Below, in pieces: positions 38,624-50,918 of a stretch of 64,000 nt of DNA. The DNA comes from Octopus sinensis (Eukaryota), in the NCBI RefSeq assembly GCF_006345805.1, contig NC_042997.1, positions 139,128,001-139,192,000 on the forward strand, written 5' to 3'. The position numbers were made by a program, and so were the translations under genes. Each line of letters begins with the position of its first letter. The first letter of the stretch is position 1. The notes under the pieces were generated by a model, which was not told the origin of the DNA, searched no databases, and worked only from the letters and a program-made list of their open reading frames with translations.

Positions 38624-38775
38624 TATATTTTGGTCGAATCAGTCTCTTACAACTCTGAGTTTCACCTGGAGGTGCACAGGATCATCAGGCCCGTTATGAT
38701 GGGCAAATTATGTCAAAACTTGATATCCACAGGTGAAACTCGGAGAAGTAGAGACTAACTCGATCAAAATAAATA
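38624..38775. repeat. Imperfect inverted repeat containing a canonical-core hammerhead motif (38653-38688, minus)
   Basis: Minus: CTGATGA t cctg tgcacctc cagg t GAA actc a gagt t. Right arm: ccacaggtgaaactcggag...gagactaactcgatcaaaata. Confidence 0.78.
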
Positions 38776-38869
38776 TATTAAGTATTTATGTATGTAATAT
38801 GTAGGAATATATGTGTACATATGTTAATATATGAATACGTATACATACATGTATAAATATATTATCATC

Positions 38870-39190
38870 TTCATCATCATCATCGTTTAACATCCGTTCT
38901 CCATGTTGGCACAGGTTGGACGGTTTAAAAGGAGCTGCCCAGATGGAGAGCTTCCCGGACTTCATTTTATCTGTTTTGACATGGTTTCCACGGCTGGATA
39001 CTCTTCCTAACGCCAACCAGTTTACAGAGTTGACTGGATACATATAACGCGGCACCGGCACGGGCGCTTTTACGTGGCACCAGCACGAGCGCTTTTACAT
39101 GGCACCGCTACGGGTGCCTTTACGTGGCACTGTCACTGATGCTTTTTCCGTAGCACCGGTACGGATGCTTCTACATAACACCGGTTTTTA
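38870..39190. mobile_element. SINE-like/RTE-tail-like repeat with a 25-bp minisatellite (~5 copies, 39053-39185)
   Basis: (cat)n-cgtttaacatccgt...cggctggatactcttcctaacgccaacc, then ggcaccggcacgggcgcttttacgt-type units. Confidence 0.65.
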
Positions 39191-39308
39191 TAATGTAATA
39201 TCTGTAGAACTAACCGTAACAAAATAATGTAAAAAGCACTGCTAACGCAGTAGAACCTGGTGTTGACTTATAAAAACATCTAATATACTTTATAGTATAT
39301 TATGATTG

Positions 39309-39645
39309 TGAAGGCGCATGACTCAGTGGTTAGAGCGTCGAGCTTACGATCGTGAGGCTGTGAGCTCGAATCCCGGACCGGGCTGCGTGTTGTGTTCTTG
39401 AGCAAGACACTTTATTTCACGCTGTTCCAGTTCACTCAGCTGTAGAAATGAGTTGTGACGTCACTGGTGCCAAGCTGTATCGGCCCTTGCCTTTCCCTTG
39501 GATAACACCGGTGGCGAGGAGAGGGGAGGCTGGTATGCATGGGCGACTACTGGTCTTCCATAAACAACCTTGCCCGGACTTGTGCCTGGGAGGGTAACTT
39601 TCTAGGTGCAATCCCATGGTCAGTGTCGTGACCGAAGGGGGTCTC
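39309..39645 (+). mobile_element. SINE family A with 12-bp target-site duplication
   Basis: TSD atattatgattg at 39297-39308 and 39646-39657. Confidence 0.93.
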
Positions 39646-40026
39646 ATATTATGATTGCATAACGAAATACCACGTATATACAAACTATTAATATTCGCAT
39701 ACCATCTCCAGAAATGCGTTTAATATGTAAATTAGTACATCCAATAACTTAACACCGCTGTATACGGTGGCTATATAAGCAATGTGTTCGGAGGCGAGAA
39801 TGGGTTAGATGGGTGCTGATGAAGGGGCAAAACCCCATAAAATATGGCATATACACTCATTACCTATTTCTGCCTTCGATCTCATTGTTTGTTTACATTT
39901 GGCGTCTCGATACGAAACGTTGTAGCAAAAATCATTGCTGGCTATAATTTCAATAGAATATCTGTAGAAATAACCTGGACAAAATAATGTAAAGAGTACT
40001 GCTAACGCAGTAGATCGTGGTGTTGA

Positions 40027-40258
40027 CTCTCTCTTTACTCTCTTTTACTCTTTTACTTGTTTCAGTAATTTGACTGCGGCCATGCTGGAGCACCGCCTTT
40101 AATCGAGCATCTCGGCCCAGGACTCATTCTTTTGTAAGCCCAGTACTTATTATATCGGCTCTTTTGCCCGACCGCTAAGTAACGGGACATAAACACACCA
40201 GCATCGGTTGTCAAGCAATGCTAGGGGACAAACACAGACACACGAACACACACACCAT

Positions 40259-40312
<54 letters not shown>

Positions 40313-40478
40313 TACGACGGGCTTCTTTCAGTTTCCGTCCACCAAATCACCACTCACTGCTTTGGTTCGGCCGGGGCTATAGTAGAAGACACTTGCCCAA
40401 GGTGCCACGCAGTGGGACTGAACCCGGAACCATGTGGTTGGTAAACAAACTACTTACCACACAGCCACTCCTGCGCCT
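40027..40478 (-). mobile_element. SINE family D, full length
   Basis: Head reverse complement ...aaactacttaccacacagccactcctgcgcct; body as in the other D copies. Confidence 0.92.
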
Positions 40479-40799
40479 GCGTAACAATGTTTAATATACT
40501 TTATAGTATATTATGGTTGCATAACGAAATACCACATACGCACAAATCATTAAAATGTAATGTATGTATTACGGATATAAATGTATAATATTAATAACGA
40601 AAGAATAATTCGAAGAAGGAACGGAAATATCTCATTCATATTTAAATACTTATACACAGCTAAAACAAAGACCTGAATTTTCCTAAAGAAATAATAGAAT
40701 ACTGCTTAAATAGTTTTACGTTGATTTTTGTGTTGTTGTCTAGCGCCATAGAGCCATTCTTTGTGTCTTTGCTTAAAAGTGGAGTTGGTTGAGATGGAG

Positions 40800-41705
40800 C
40801 TTATCCCTAATAAGCTATGAAGATCATGAGACTTGTGTTCTAAAGACGAGTTCTAAAGCAAAATTTTAAGTTACTTGCGTCCCTTTTTAATTTTGCATGC
40901 CTCAACAAAAATCAAGACTAAATCAACTTTGATCAGAGATCACCTCTTTGCAGATGACGCGGCACTGGTTGCTCACAGCGAGTCGACTCTACATACAATG
41001 ATGGAGCACTTTCGCAAGCCTGCAAAGCATTTGCACTTGTAATCAGAGTTAAGTAGACCGTCATTCTGACACAAAATCGCACAACTCAAAGCAACATGAT
41101 GCTGGAGACAAGCCTTCGGAAGTTGTAAAAAAATTCTATCTCAGGTTCCCTAGGCGACGAAATATGTTTCAGGATAGAAAAGCTGCTTTGGTAGACTCAG
41201 CAAAAGAACATGGGACAAGATGCACACAATGAAAACCAAAATAAGGATTTCTGGAGCATGCATGCTGAGCACCCTCCTCGGCTTGGACATGTGAAACGTA
41301 TGGATAACAGAATTCCCAAACAGCTGTTATATGGTGTGTTAGCTTAGGGTAGCAGACCCAGAGGACGACCAAAGCTGAGATTTAAGGACACATATACGAA
41401 CAGGCTCACCAAGACATGGGAAAAGTTAGCTGAAGACAGAACAGCATAGAAAACCTCAGTTAGTAAAGGAATCAAACAGCTCGAGGAAGAAAACATCCTC
41501 GCCCTCAAAGCAAAACATCAAAGAAAGAAAGACAGCACACAGCAACCCTGCAGCACCTTCCTTGCTTGCAGATTTTGCAGTAGAACTTGCTCACCAAACA
41601 TAGGAAGGTCAGCCATGACAGAAGCTGTAGGAAAACACTACAAGTGCCTAATTAAGACATTCTCCACCACTGCCTAGAATGTATGTCAAGACGTAAAGAG
41701 CGGAA
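40800..41705 (+). mobile_element. RTE-clade LINE 3' fragment
   Basis: LFADDAALVAHSES, WLGHVKRMDNRIPKQLLYG, RPRGRPKLRFKD; followed by a TAA-rich tail. Confidence 0.88.
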
Positions 41706-41750
41706 TAATATAATATATTATATAATATAATATTTTATTATATTATATTG

Positions 41751-41784
<34 letters not shown>

Positions 41785-41786
<2 letters not shown>

Positions 41787-42000
41787 CTTGTTTCAGTCAT
41801 TTGACTGCGGCCATGCGGGAGCACCGCCTTCAGTCGAGCAAATCGACCCCAGGACTTATTCTTTGTAACCCTAGTACTTATTCTATCGGTCTCTTTTGCC
41901 GAACCGCTAAGTTACAGGGACGTAAACACACCAGCATCAGTTGTCAAGCGATGTCGTGGGGGGGGGGGACAAACACAGACACACAAACACACATATATAT
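41785..42000 (-). mobile_element. SINE family D 3' half
   Basis: ttacttgtttcagtcatttgactgcggccatg...gacaaacacagacacac. Confidence 0.88.
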
Positions 42001-42034
42001 ATATATATATAATAGAAATATTAAAATAACTAAG

Positions 42035-42778
42035 TCTCTCTAAAAGAGAACAGCGGCAGCGTTCCCGGAAAATATAGTATCTCGCCATACTAATATGGCA
42101 TTCTTATAAAATAAGAAAAAAGCTGTCCGCTTATTAGCTCCATGAGGCTATCGCCTTAAGTTAGCTATTTGATACACAAACTGTATCCATATAACCTTCG
42201 AACAAGGGAGTCAGTCGCTCCACACTACTTGAACCGGCAGCTACAGACGCGTTTCGGGTATTGCCCCTTTTCAATGCAGCGTAGCCAGCCAGTAGGTGTC
42301 GCTTCCGACAATCTCTGTTCGATGGTTTTATTTACCTAGTTTCGGTGGAATACATCCACTTGTTTTTCAATAATAGAAATATTAAAAAAAAAAATAGCTG
42401 CCGGTCAAGTAGTGTGGAGCGACTGACCTCCCTTGTTCGAAGTTTTATATGGATACAGTTTGTGTATCAAATAGCTAACTTAAGGCGATGGCCTCATGGA
42501 GCTAATAACGGACAGCTTTTTTCTATTTTTATAAGAATGCCATATTAGTATGGCGATACTAATATATAATATATATTAATATATATATAATATGTATATA
42601 TATATATATCATATATATATATTATATATACATATATATTGTTGACGTCATAATAATTTAGATACTTCGAAAGAACGTGAAATATTCTTTCTTGATACAA
42701 CTATAAATAATAGCGTGCCATCCAATATGTACACTCAATATTTATAGCTTTACCTGCTTCGAGTTCGCTGTTCCCTAT
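42035..42778. repeat. Fold-back element: ~170-bp near-perfect inverted arms (~42075-42243 / ~42394-42562) around a hammerhead-containing spacer
   Basis: tagtatc(t)cgccatactaatatggcattcttataaaa...ccggcagcta versus tagctgccgg...ttttataagaatgccatattagtatggcgatacta. Weaker outer similarity at ~42040 and ~42770. Confidence 0.92.
42240..42280 (-). ncRNA. Minimal type-I hammerhead-like ribozyme with U3:A8 core
   Basis: Minus: gctgca TTGAAAA ggg g caat a ccc GAA acgcgt C tgtagc. 6-bp stem I (one G.U), stem II, palindromic ACGCGU stem III, GUC site. Confidence 0.75.
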
Positions 42779-42779
42779 A

Positions 42780-42825
<46 letters not shown>

Positions 42826-43686
42826 CTACACACACACATAACTATAAAAACTGAATGCAACTAAGATTACAGTAGATATATCTTTTGATTCTTCAGACAA
42901 ATAAGAAATCAATGAAAATATTGTATATATGAATTAATGGTTGAGGACGAGAGAAATGAATGAAAGAAAGAGATAAAGAGAGAGAAAAAGAAACCGAGAA
43001 GAGAGAAGGGAGGAAGCGAAAGGTAGAAATAGGAGTGTAGAGAAGAAAAGCGAAGGAAGATAATGGTTCAAGAACGGTTTATCGTCAGAGGTTTTATCGT
43101 CAGAGACCAATTTGAATTTGTCGTGCGAGACCAATTTAAAATAAAGGAAGCAAAGGGATTAATTTAAGCGTATAGAACATGGTTGGACTGTAAGCAGTTA
43201 ATTATTTAAATCATCTTACTGATAATGTTGAATTCGTAAATGATAATGCTGCATTAGTAAATGCTATTGTTTTAAAAAATATGTAATTTTCATGGGAAAA
43301 ATGTTAATCTTTTGTAGAATTTGTTGAATGTAAGGTGTGTATTGACGCTTTGAAATATAATGCTAATTACGATTGATGTTAATAAGGCGTTAGCTAAGAG
43401 GCGAAGAGAGGATAATATGGAGGCAAATATAGAGATGGACAGAGAGAGTGAAAACAAAGTAAAGAACAATGATCTATACAATTAACGGTGGAAGCAGAAG
43501 AAATAAATTGTGAATGATTTGGAGGAGGAGGAGTAACAGCGCCGAGTTGTTAGCAATGAAGTAGGAGGGTTTATCATGGGCGAGCGAGATTAGAATTTCT
43601 TGAGAGAAAAACTGGTGGAACAGATAATAAGAAAACAGAGTTAATTTGTTAAAATAACAGCTCATTGGTTATTGCTTGGAATTCAA

Positions 43687-43722
<36 letters not shown>

Positions 43723-43884
43723 AAAAAGAAAGAAAGAAAGAAAGAAGAAAGGAAGGAAGGAAGGAAGGAAGGAAGGAAGGAAGGAAGGAAGAAGGAAGAA
43801 GGAAGGAAGGAAGGAAGGAAGGAAGGAAGAAAGAAAGAAAGAAAGAAAGAAAGGAAGGAAGGAAGAAAGGAAGGCAGGAAGGAA

Positions 43885-43917
<33 letters not shown>

Positions 43918-43973
43918 GAAAGGAAGGAAGGAAGGAAACAAAGAAGGAAGGAAGGAAGGAAGACAGACAGAAA

Positions 43974-44006
<33 letters not shown>

Positions 44007-44029
44007 GAAGGAAGGAAGGAAGGCAGGAA

Positions 44030-44066
<37 letters not shown>

Positions 44067-44167
44067 GAAGGCAGGAAGGAAGGAAGAAAGAAAGAAAGAA
44101 AAAAGAAAGAAAGAAGGAAAGGAAGGAAGGAAGGAAACAAAGAAGGAAGGAAGGAAGGAAGACAGAC

Positions 44168-44229
<62 letters not shown>

Positions 44230-44248
44230 GAAGGAAGGAAGGAAGGAA

Positions 44249-44310
<62 letters not shown>

Positions 44311-44316
44311 AAAAGC

Positions 44317-44350
<34 letters not shown>
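43687..44350. repeat. ~660-bp almost pure purine (AAAG)n/(AAGG)n tract
   Basis: Direct reading; only rare C, no T. An internal block aaacaaagaagg...gacagacagaaag occurs twice. Confidence 0.98.
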
Positions 44351-44351
<1 letters not shown>

Positions 44352-44619
44352 CCGAGTATCGTTCGAAAAATATCAGCTATGACAGTAGTTTGATGTGAGC
44401 GCTTTAAATTAAGTCAAAATGCAGTTTGCGGCGGTAAAGAAGTGAAAGTGAATTTTCCTGAAAGAGTAATAGTAAATTGCGATTAGAGTCCAGAAGTGAC
44501 AACATTGGCATCCCAAAATTTCGTAAAAACAAAATAGAGAACCTCTCTCATCATTCCACGTTCCACAGGTATCTGCCCACATGTATAGTACCTTCTAGTA
44601 ATGTATTAAGTATTTCAGA

Positions 44620-44682
44620 AGTGGCATGTATATGTATGTATGTATGTATGTATGCATGTATGCATGTATGTATGTATGTATG

Positions 44683-44715
<33 letters not shown>

Positions 44716-44915
44716 GTATGTATCCATGCATGTATGAATTATGTATGTATGAATGTATGTATGTATGTATGTATGAATGTTGTTACATGTATGTGTATGT
44801 ATATGTATGATGTATGTATGTATGTATGTATGTATGTATGTTATGTATGTATGCATGCATGTATGAATATATGTATGTATGATGTGGATGGTATGTATGT
44901 ATGAATGTATGTATG

Positions 44916-44946
<31 letters not shown>

Positions 44947-45400
44947 TGTATGTATGTATGCATGCATGTATTTATGTATGTATGTATGTATGTATGTATG
45001 TATGTATGCATGCATGTATGTATGTATGTATGTATGCATGTATGTATGTAATTCTGTATTTGGATGGATGGATGGAGGGAGGGATGGAGGGAGGGGTAGA
45101 TGTTTGTATGTATGTATATGTGTGTATGTATGTATGTATGTATGCATGCATGTATGCATGTGTGTGTATGTATATGTGTGCATGTATTTTTGTATGTATG
45201 TATGTACATATGTATATACATATGTATGTATGTACATATGTATGCATGTCTGTATTTGGATGGATGGATGGAGGGAGGGGGGAGGGAGGGATAGATGTTT
45301 GTATGTATGTATGTATATGTGTGGATATATGTATTATGTATGTATGTATGTATGTAAGTATGTATGTATGTATGTATATGTGTGTATATATGTTTTTGTA
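44620..45400. repeat. (TATG)n compound satellite with an internal ~200-bp duplication
   Basis: ctgtatttggatggatggatggagggagg...tagatgtttgtatg at ~45054 and ~45250. Confidence 0.92.
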
Positions 45401-46022
45401 TTATGTCTATCTTCGTGCTCGATTTTCTCTTCCACCAACGCTTGGGAACAGGTGCTAATTCGTTTACGCACCCGTAAGCTAGCGGTTCGGCAAAGAGACA
45501 ATATATACCAGGCAAAAATTAAATACTGAGATCGATGTGTTCGACTTAAAACCCTTCAATGCGATGCCCATCATTGGCCGTGTGCCCAAGTTAGAATTTG
45601 TTAGCAATTATGTCACAAGTGAGGCTTAACAGCGAATATAATTCTCATATTGAAATTAATTTATGATTTTATACGCGCTAGTGCATATGACTGAATGAAT
45701 ATAAGCTAAATAGTTGCATTGTACTACATATCAACCTTCTTTTTTCCAGACAGCTTTAAACATAAAAGTACACCGTTCAGTAAAAGTACATGTGTGGTGA
45801 ATAAGGTAAAGAAATATTTATTGAATTGTTATTGAGTTCAAAGTGACGATGTTATCTAGTGGAAGTATTCTATATTTTCTTTCATTGGAGCCAGCTTTCC
45901 CTCAACAAATTTAACCGATAAACCTGTCTTTTATCGCTCTGCGAGACGATAAAGGTATTAGCATTGATCGAAATTAAAGCAGAAAATATACATATATACA
46001 TATATACACGCACACACACACA

Positions 46023-46053
<31 letters not shown>

Positions 46054-46424
46054 TTTCCATTTGTCTTTCTTTTTTTTCATTTACTATCTGGTAGTTAGAT
46101 CGAAAGGGAATTACTGAAAGTAATTATTCATATTTTGGTAAAATATGTAAATTGGCTTCCGTTTCGTTTCAAAAAGTTGGAAGAAAAAAAAAATTTTTGA
46201 TTGTTGAAGAAGGAGTCAATATTACTTTTTGGAAATTCACCGCACTCGCTGATTACCACTCCATTATTATTTAAAGAAATCATTTTTATTAACCATTTCA
46301 AGACTTTCCCAATGCACAAATTAGAAAAATGTAGGTGTTCTCAATTCAAGATCCAGCTATATATATATTTTCTTTTTTGTTCTATGCTTCATAATTCGTT
46401 CTTTTTGTTTTTTTTACTGGTGCA

Positions 46425-46940
46425 GGCGTGGTAAGACGCAAGTGTATTAAGACGTTTACTTCCCAACCACATGGTTCGGGGTTCAGTTCCACTGCATTCA
46501 GTCTTCTACAATAGCTCTGGGCTGACCAAAGCCATGAGAGTGGATTTCGTACACGGTAACTAAAGGAAGCCTGTTGTGTGTATGTGTGTCTGTGCGTGTC
46601 TGTGTGTGTGTCTGTGTGTGTCTGTGTGTCTGTCTGTGTGTCTGTCTGTGTCTGTGTATGTGTGTTTTTGTGTCTGTGTTTGTCTGTGTGTGTGTGTATC
46701 TGTGTGTGTCTGTGTGTCTGTCTGTGTCTGTGTGTTTTTGTGTCTGTGTTTGTCTGTGTGTGTTTGTGTCTTTGTGCCTGTGTTTTTCCCCCCCACTACA
46801 TTTTTACAACTGGCGTTGGTGTGTTTACGTCCCCTTTACATACCGGTTCGGCAAAAGAGACCGATAGAGTAAGATAAGTACCAGGCTTTAAAAAAGCAAG
46901 CACTGGCGTCGATTCGTTCCACTAAAAAATTCTTCGAGGC
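46425..46940 (+). mobile_element. SINE family D with expanded internal (TGTC/TG)n
   Basis: ttcccaaccacatggttcggggttcagttccactgc...cggttcggcaaaagagaccgatag. Confidence 0.82.
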
Positions 46941-47019
46941 GATGCCTCAAGTTAAAGATGAGAAAGTATTTCTTCATTCCAAATTGCGTAAGACATGTTA
47001 GTTGATCCTATGCTTGTAA

Positions 47020-48000
47020 TCTGATTGCTAGACGACATATCATTTGGCGCCCTGGATATCATAGCATCTCGAGTAACTCACTTGCTAGAAAGTATTAGCC
47101 TACTTATTTCCTACAAGTATGGTTTCTGCAATGGCATAGTCTCTCTAACGCAGCTTTTGTGTCACTCTAATATTTTAAAGGTCTTGGGAGAGGGCTCCAA
47201 TGCAGATGTCATATATCTCGACTGCAGCAACGCTTTCAACAAGGTTGACCACAAGGTCCTGTGAGAGAAACCATCGACGTTGGAGTCCGAGTGAAAGTAT
47301 TAAAGTAGATTGAATGTTTTCTAGTGAACAGAGCACAGCATTTGGTGATGTGTGATGTTCGATCATACTCAGCAAGTCATCAGTGGAGTCCTACAAGACA
47401 CTGCATTGGCCCCACTCCTTTTCGCTATTTACATTGACGTCATCAAGCACAACAGCATTAGAATTTTCGCCGATGACTCGAAGCTTTTGAAGGTCATCGA
47501 CAGGTTAGGAGACCAGACAAATATCCAATCTGTTCTGATTACTGCGGAAAATCACAATATGCTGCTTAATAAAAATGAATTCAAATTAATCCACGTCGGT
47601 AAAGAGGTTGCACTTACACTACCATACGTTCTTCTCTCGAGCGAGAACCCCGTAGCATCAAACACAACTTCAGAGTAACTTTCGACCATAACTTAAGCTA
47701 GAGGGCTCACATAAATAGCAAAGTTGACATAGCCCGTAGGGCGTGCCCCTGGATCCACCGGACCTTCCAGTTTAGAGATGCTCATACGATTATCCTTGTT
47801 TTCTCTATCTTTGTCTGTCATCACTTTGAATACTGTTGTCCGCTATGATCCTCCTTCACGAAACAAAATATTATTAAAATTGAAGCACCCCAGAGATCAG
47901 TCACAAAAAGATAAGACGACATGACAGTCTTGGTTATTGGGAACGGCTTGAGAAATTCAAACTTTATTCCCTCCAACGCCGACTGAAGCGTTATAGCACA
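47020..48000 (+). mobile_element. CR1/L2-type LINE RT remnant
   Basis: TQLL...ADVIYLDCSNAFNKVDH, SGVLQDTALAPLLFAIYI, IFADDSKL. Confidence 0.85.
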
Positions 48001-48719
48001 TGTATGCTGTGGAAAATATTCCGACAACATTGCCCAAATGATGTTGGCATTAACTTGTGTGCGTCACTGTGTGTTGACAGAGGGAGTGGGAAGAGGATCA
48101 AAATAGGTGTTGACAGATAATATACACACAAAGGATTCTTATGTGAATAGTTGCACATACTTGGGTGTATGTATCGGCAGTTCAACCAATACACCAACTC
48201 AGCCATATATTTACAAACATTGAGAAATTTCTTAACACAAAATGTATTCTTGCTTTGTTAGCAACCGTCCTGAACTCTCTCAAGAAGAACTTTAGTTAAA
48301 CTCACAGATCAAAAAAAAAAACGTATGCACGCACACACCCTTCTGATGAATTTCATTTCCTACATATATGTGTGTTTATTCATTGGTAATGCTTTTATAT
48401 GTATATACATACGTGTAAATATTTTACGAAATAAATTACACTTCATATTTGAAGCTTCGGTGAAGCTATAGGGTGATACACAAACACTTAACTATAAGTG
48501 AATTGCATCTTATAGCAGAAACAGTTGTAAGCTAATGAAGTTCATAAGAAAATCATTTATTTCCTTTGTCCATAGCTTTTCTGCAGTCGTCGTATTCTCA
48601 AAGAAGAAAATCAGCCACATAGACTTTACTGGTGGTCATGAAAGCAAAAACCTTCATGCAGGTTAAACCCTTACACAAAAACAAAGTAGAACCATTCAGC
48701 CATAGAACCATAGAACTAC

Positions 48720-49530
48720 ACGAGGGGGTTCTCTGTGGGAACACCCGTGAGAGTTATGGCTTCCGCCGCTAGAAGCCACTTAATGCGATCCTCAGGCATC
48801 AGTCTGTCGACCTAGATCCTCATTTGGCTGAAACGAAGGAACAGCGTGCTTGTGTGAAATTCTGTCTTCTACTGGGGAAGACAGCAGCCGAAACAGTTGT
48901 CATGCTTCAAACAGCTTACAAGGAAGCTACAAAGAGCAAAAAATAAGTTTACGAGTGGTTTCCACGCTTTAAGAATAGTCACTTGTCGCTTGAAGACCAA
49001 CCTCATTCAGGACAACCATCGCCCTCCCGAACGAATGCAAACATCATGAAAATTCCTGAAATTATCTTGGAGGACCATCACTGAATAATTGACGAACTTG
49101 TTGATATGACTGGTGTGTCCTGGAGCTCCTGCCGACGAATTTTGAGCGAGGAATTGCGATTGAAAAGAGTTACAGCAAAATTTGAGCCTCGCATGCTTAC
49201 GGAAGATCAAATGTAGTCATGACTGAATGCGTGTCGTGAATTGAAATAACAGTTGGAAGTTGATCCCAGACCCTTTTTCGAAGGTCCTCACTGGTGACGA
49301 AAGCTGGTGCTGTGGAATTTGGAGATGTGTAAGAGGAGAAGATAAAAAAACGACGGAGGCATTCAAAGATATCACTTCGCAAGAGTTTCAGCACTGCTTC
49401 GAATAGTGGAGAATGCGCCTGGATCGATGCATTACTTTGAAGGCGATAGAAGTGTGTAAACATAAAACTAAGTGAATTAAATAATATTGCACAATTCCTC
49501 GTACATATATCCGGCCATTTCAAAGCATAA
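48720..49530 (+). mobile_element. Internally deleted mariner element
   Basis: EQRACVKFCLLLGKTAAETVVML...VYEWF, VLTGDESW, then a jump to the C-terminal DYFEGD. Confidence 0.88.
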
Positions 49531-50838
49531 CTACAGGAGATATTTATTTGTTATTTACTCATTCTTTTTGTTATTGTCTATTTATTGCCTGGCAGGGTGT
49601 CAATATCGAATATTATGATCTACTGTTTACCATTGCGTCTAACGTAAAAGTTTACAAATGGTTGTATGTACATTAAATATCAACATGTGTTTGCAAGTAC
49701 AATTGACAGTCTGGGTAACAACTATGGCAGATTGGAATGCCTTTAGAAGTACTGCCATAAAAGTACACGGAAACTAGGTTAGCGCAAACAGTAAATTTTC
49801 ATATTACACAAATCCAACATGTCGCTGCAATTCAGACAAATTAAATACGATGTGTGTGTGGGGGCGGTGGGGGTGGAAAGAAACCCGGATAAATTTTAAA
49901 ACAGCACTCATACACATACACATGCGCACTCACTCACACAACACACACATGCTATGCATATATGTGTGTTTTTATGTTTGTATGTATGTATGTATGTATG
50001 TATGTATGTATGTATGTATGTATGTATGTATGTATGTATGCATATTAATACCTCAGATCTATATTCTGTGCGATACGATAACCATTGTGTGGGGGTGAAG
50101 TGTAGGAGATAATGGGGTTGCTTGTAAGGATTCATTGTTCGAATACTGGATAGGAAATCCGAGAGTATGTTAAGTACAAAAACTAAGTGGGGGCTGCATC
50201 TTGTGTTCCACGGGGTCATATGTGAGTGGGTAGATTAACCAAGATACTTCCTGCAATTCCTATTGGCTGTTGATCTCGGATTTTATAGGGATTGTCGTTT
50301 TAATCTGCATGTTCCTGACATTCAGGTCTGCATCTTTAATGTCTTTAAATGATATTGATCAATAAACTAAAAGAAGTAACTCAGAGTGACCAGTAGCATG
50401 AATATAGACAATAATGACTACTAAAAGTGTATTGAATACTATATGTAGTAATTTCAGCGGTAGAACAGCCACTGCAATCCGTAGAACCGGGCTGAATACA
50501 TGCATCTAGACAACCCAGGATCTTTCCGACAGGATATGCTTATTAAAGAAGCAACCCTAGCCAATATATCTACAGTCCATGATCGCTAACTAACTGCCCC
50601 ATTTAAACAAAGGCATTCTTGTTTGGATTATGCAAATTATCCTAGACCACAAATTTTCTCCACTCTTTTTGTGTATGTGGAAGTCTCATGTCAGCTGGAG
50701 TTAGGATACGAAAAAAACGGTGATCTGATGGCGACATTTGACACAGGAGCACGCCTTCATATCTGTCCGCTTGCCTCCAAACAATCCGATTTTTAATAAT
50801 GTGCCGATACATACGTACATGCATATATACATATAAAT

Positions 50839-50918
<80 letters not shown>

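Noticed and set aside
39053-39185. 25-bp repeated units resembling a CRISPR array
   Set aside because: Units are contiguous with no unique spacers, degenerate, in eukaryotic repeat context and without cas genes; this is a minisatellite within a SINE-like element.
43078-43104. Two CTGACGA motifs on the minus strand
   Set aside because: They arise from a 13-bp tandem duplication and have no stem II or GAAA downstream.
43665-44398. Long K/E/R-rich ORFs (protamine or coiled-coil-like)
   Set aside because: All frames are open simply because the (AAAG/AAGG)n tract lacks T.
49990-50640. Possible Penelope linker remnant (PLTYDP, YKQP)
   Set aside because: Two short motifs only; insufficient support.
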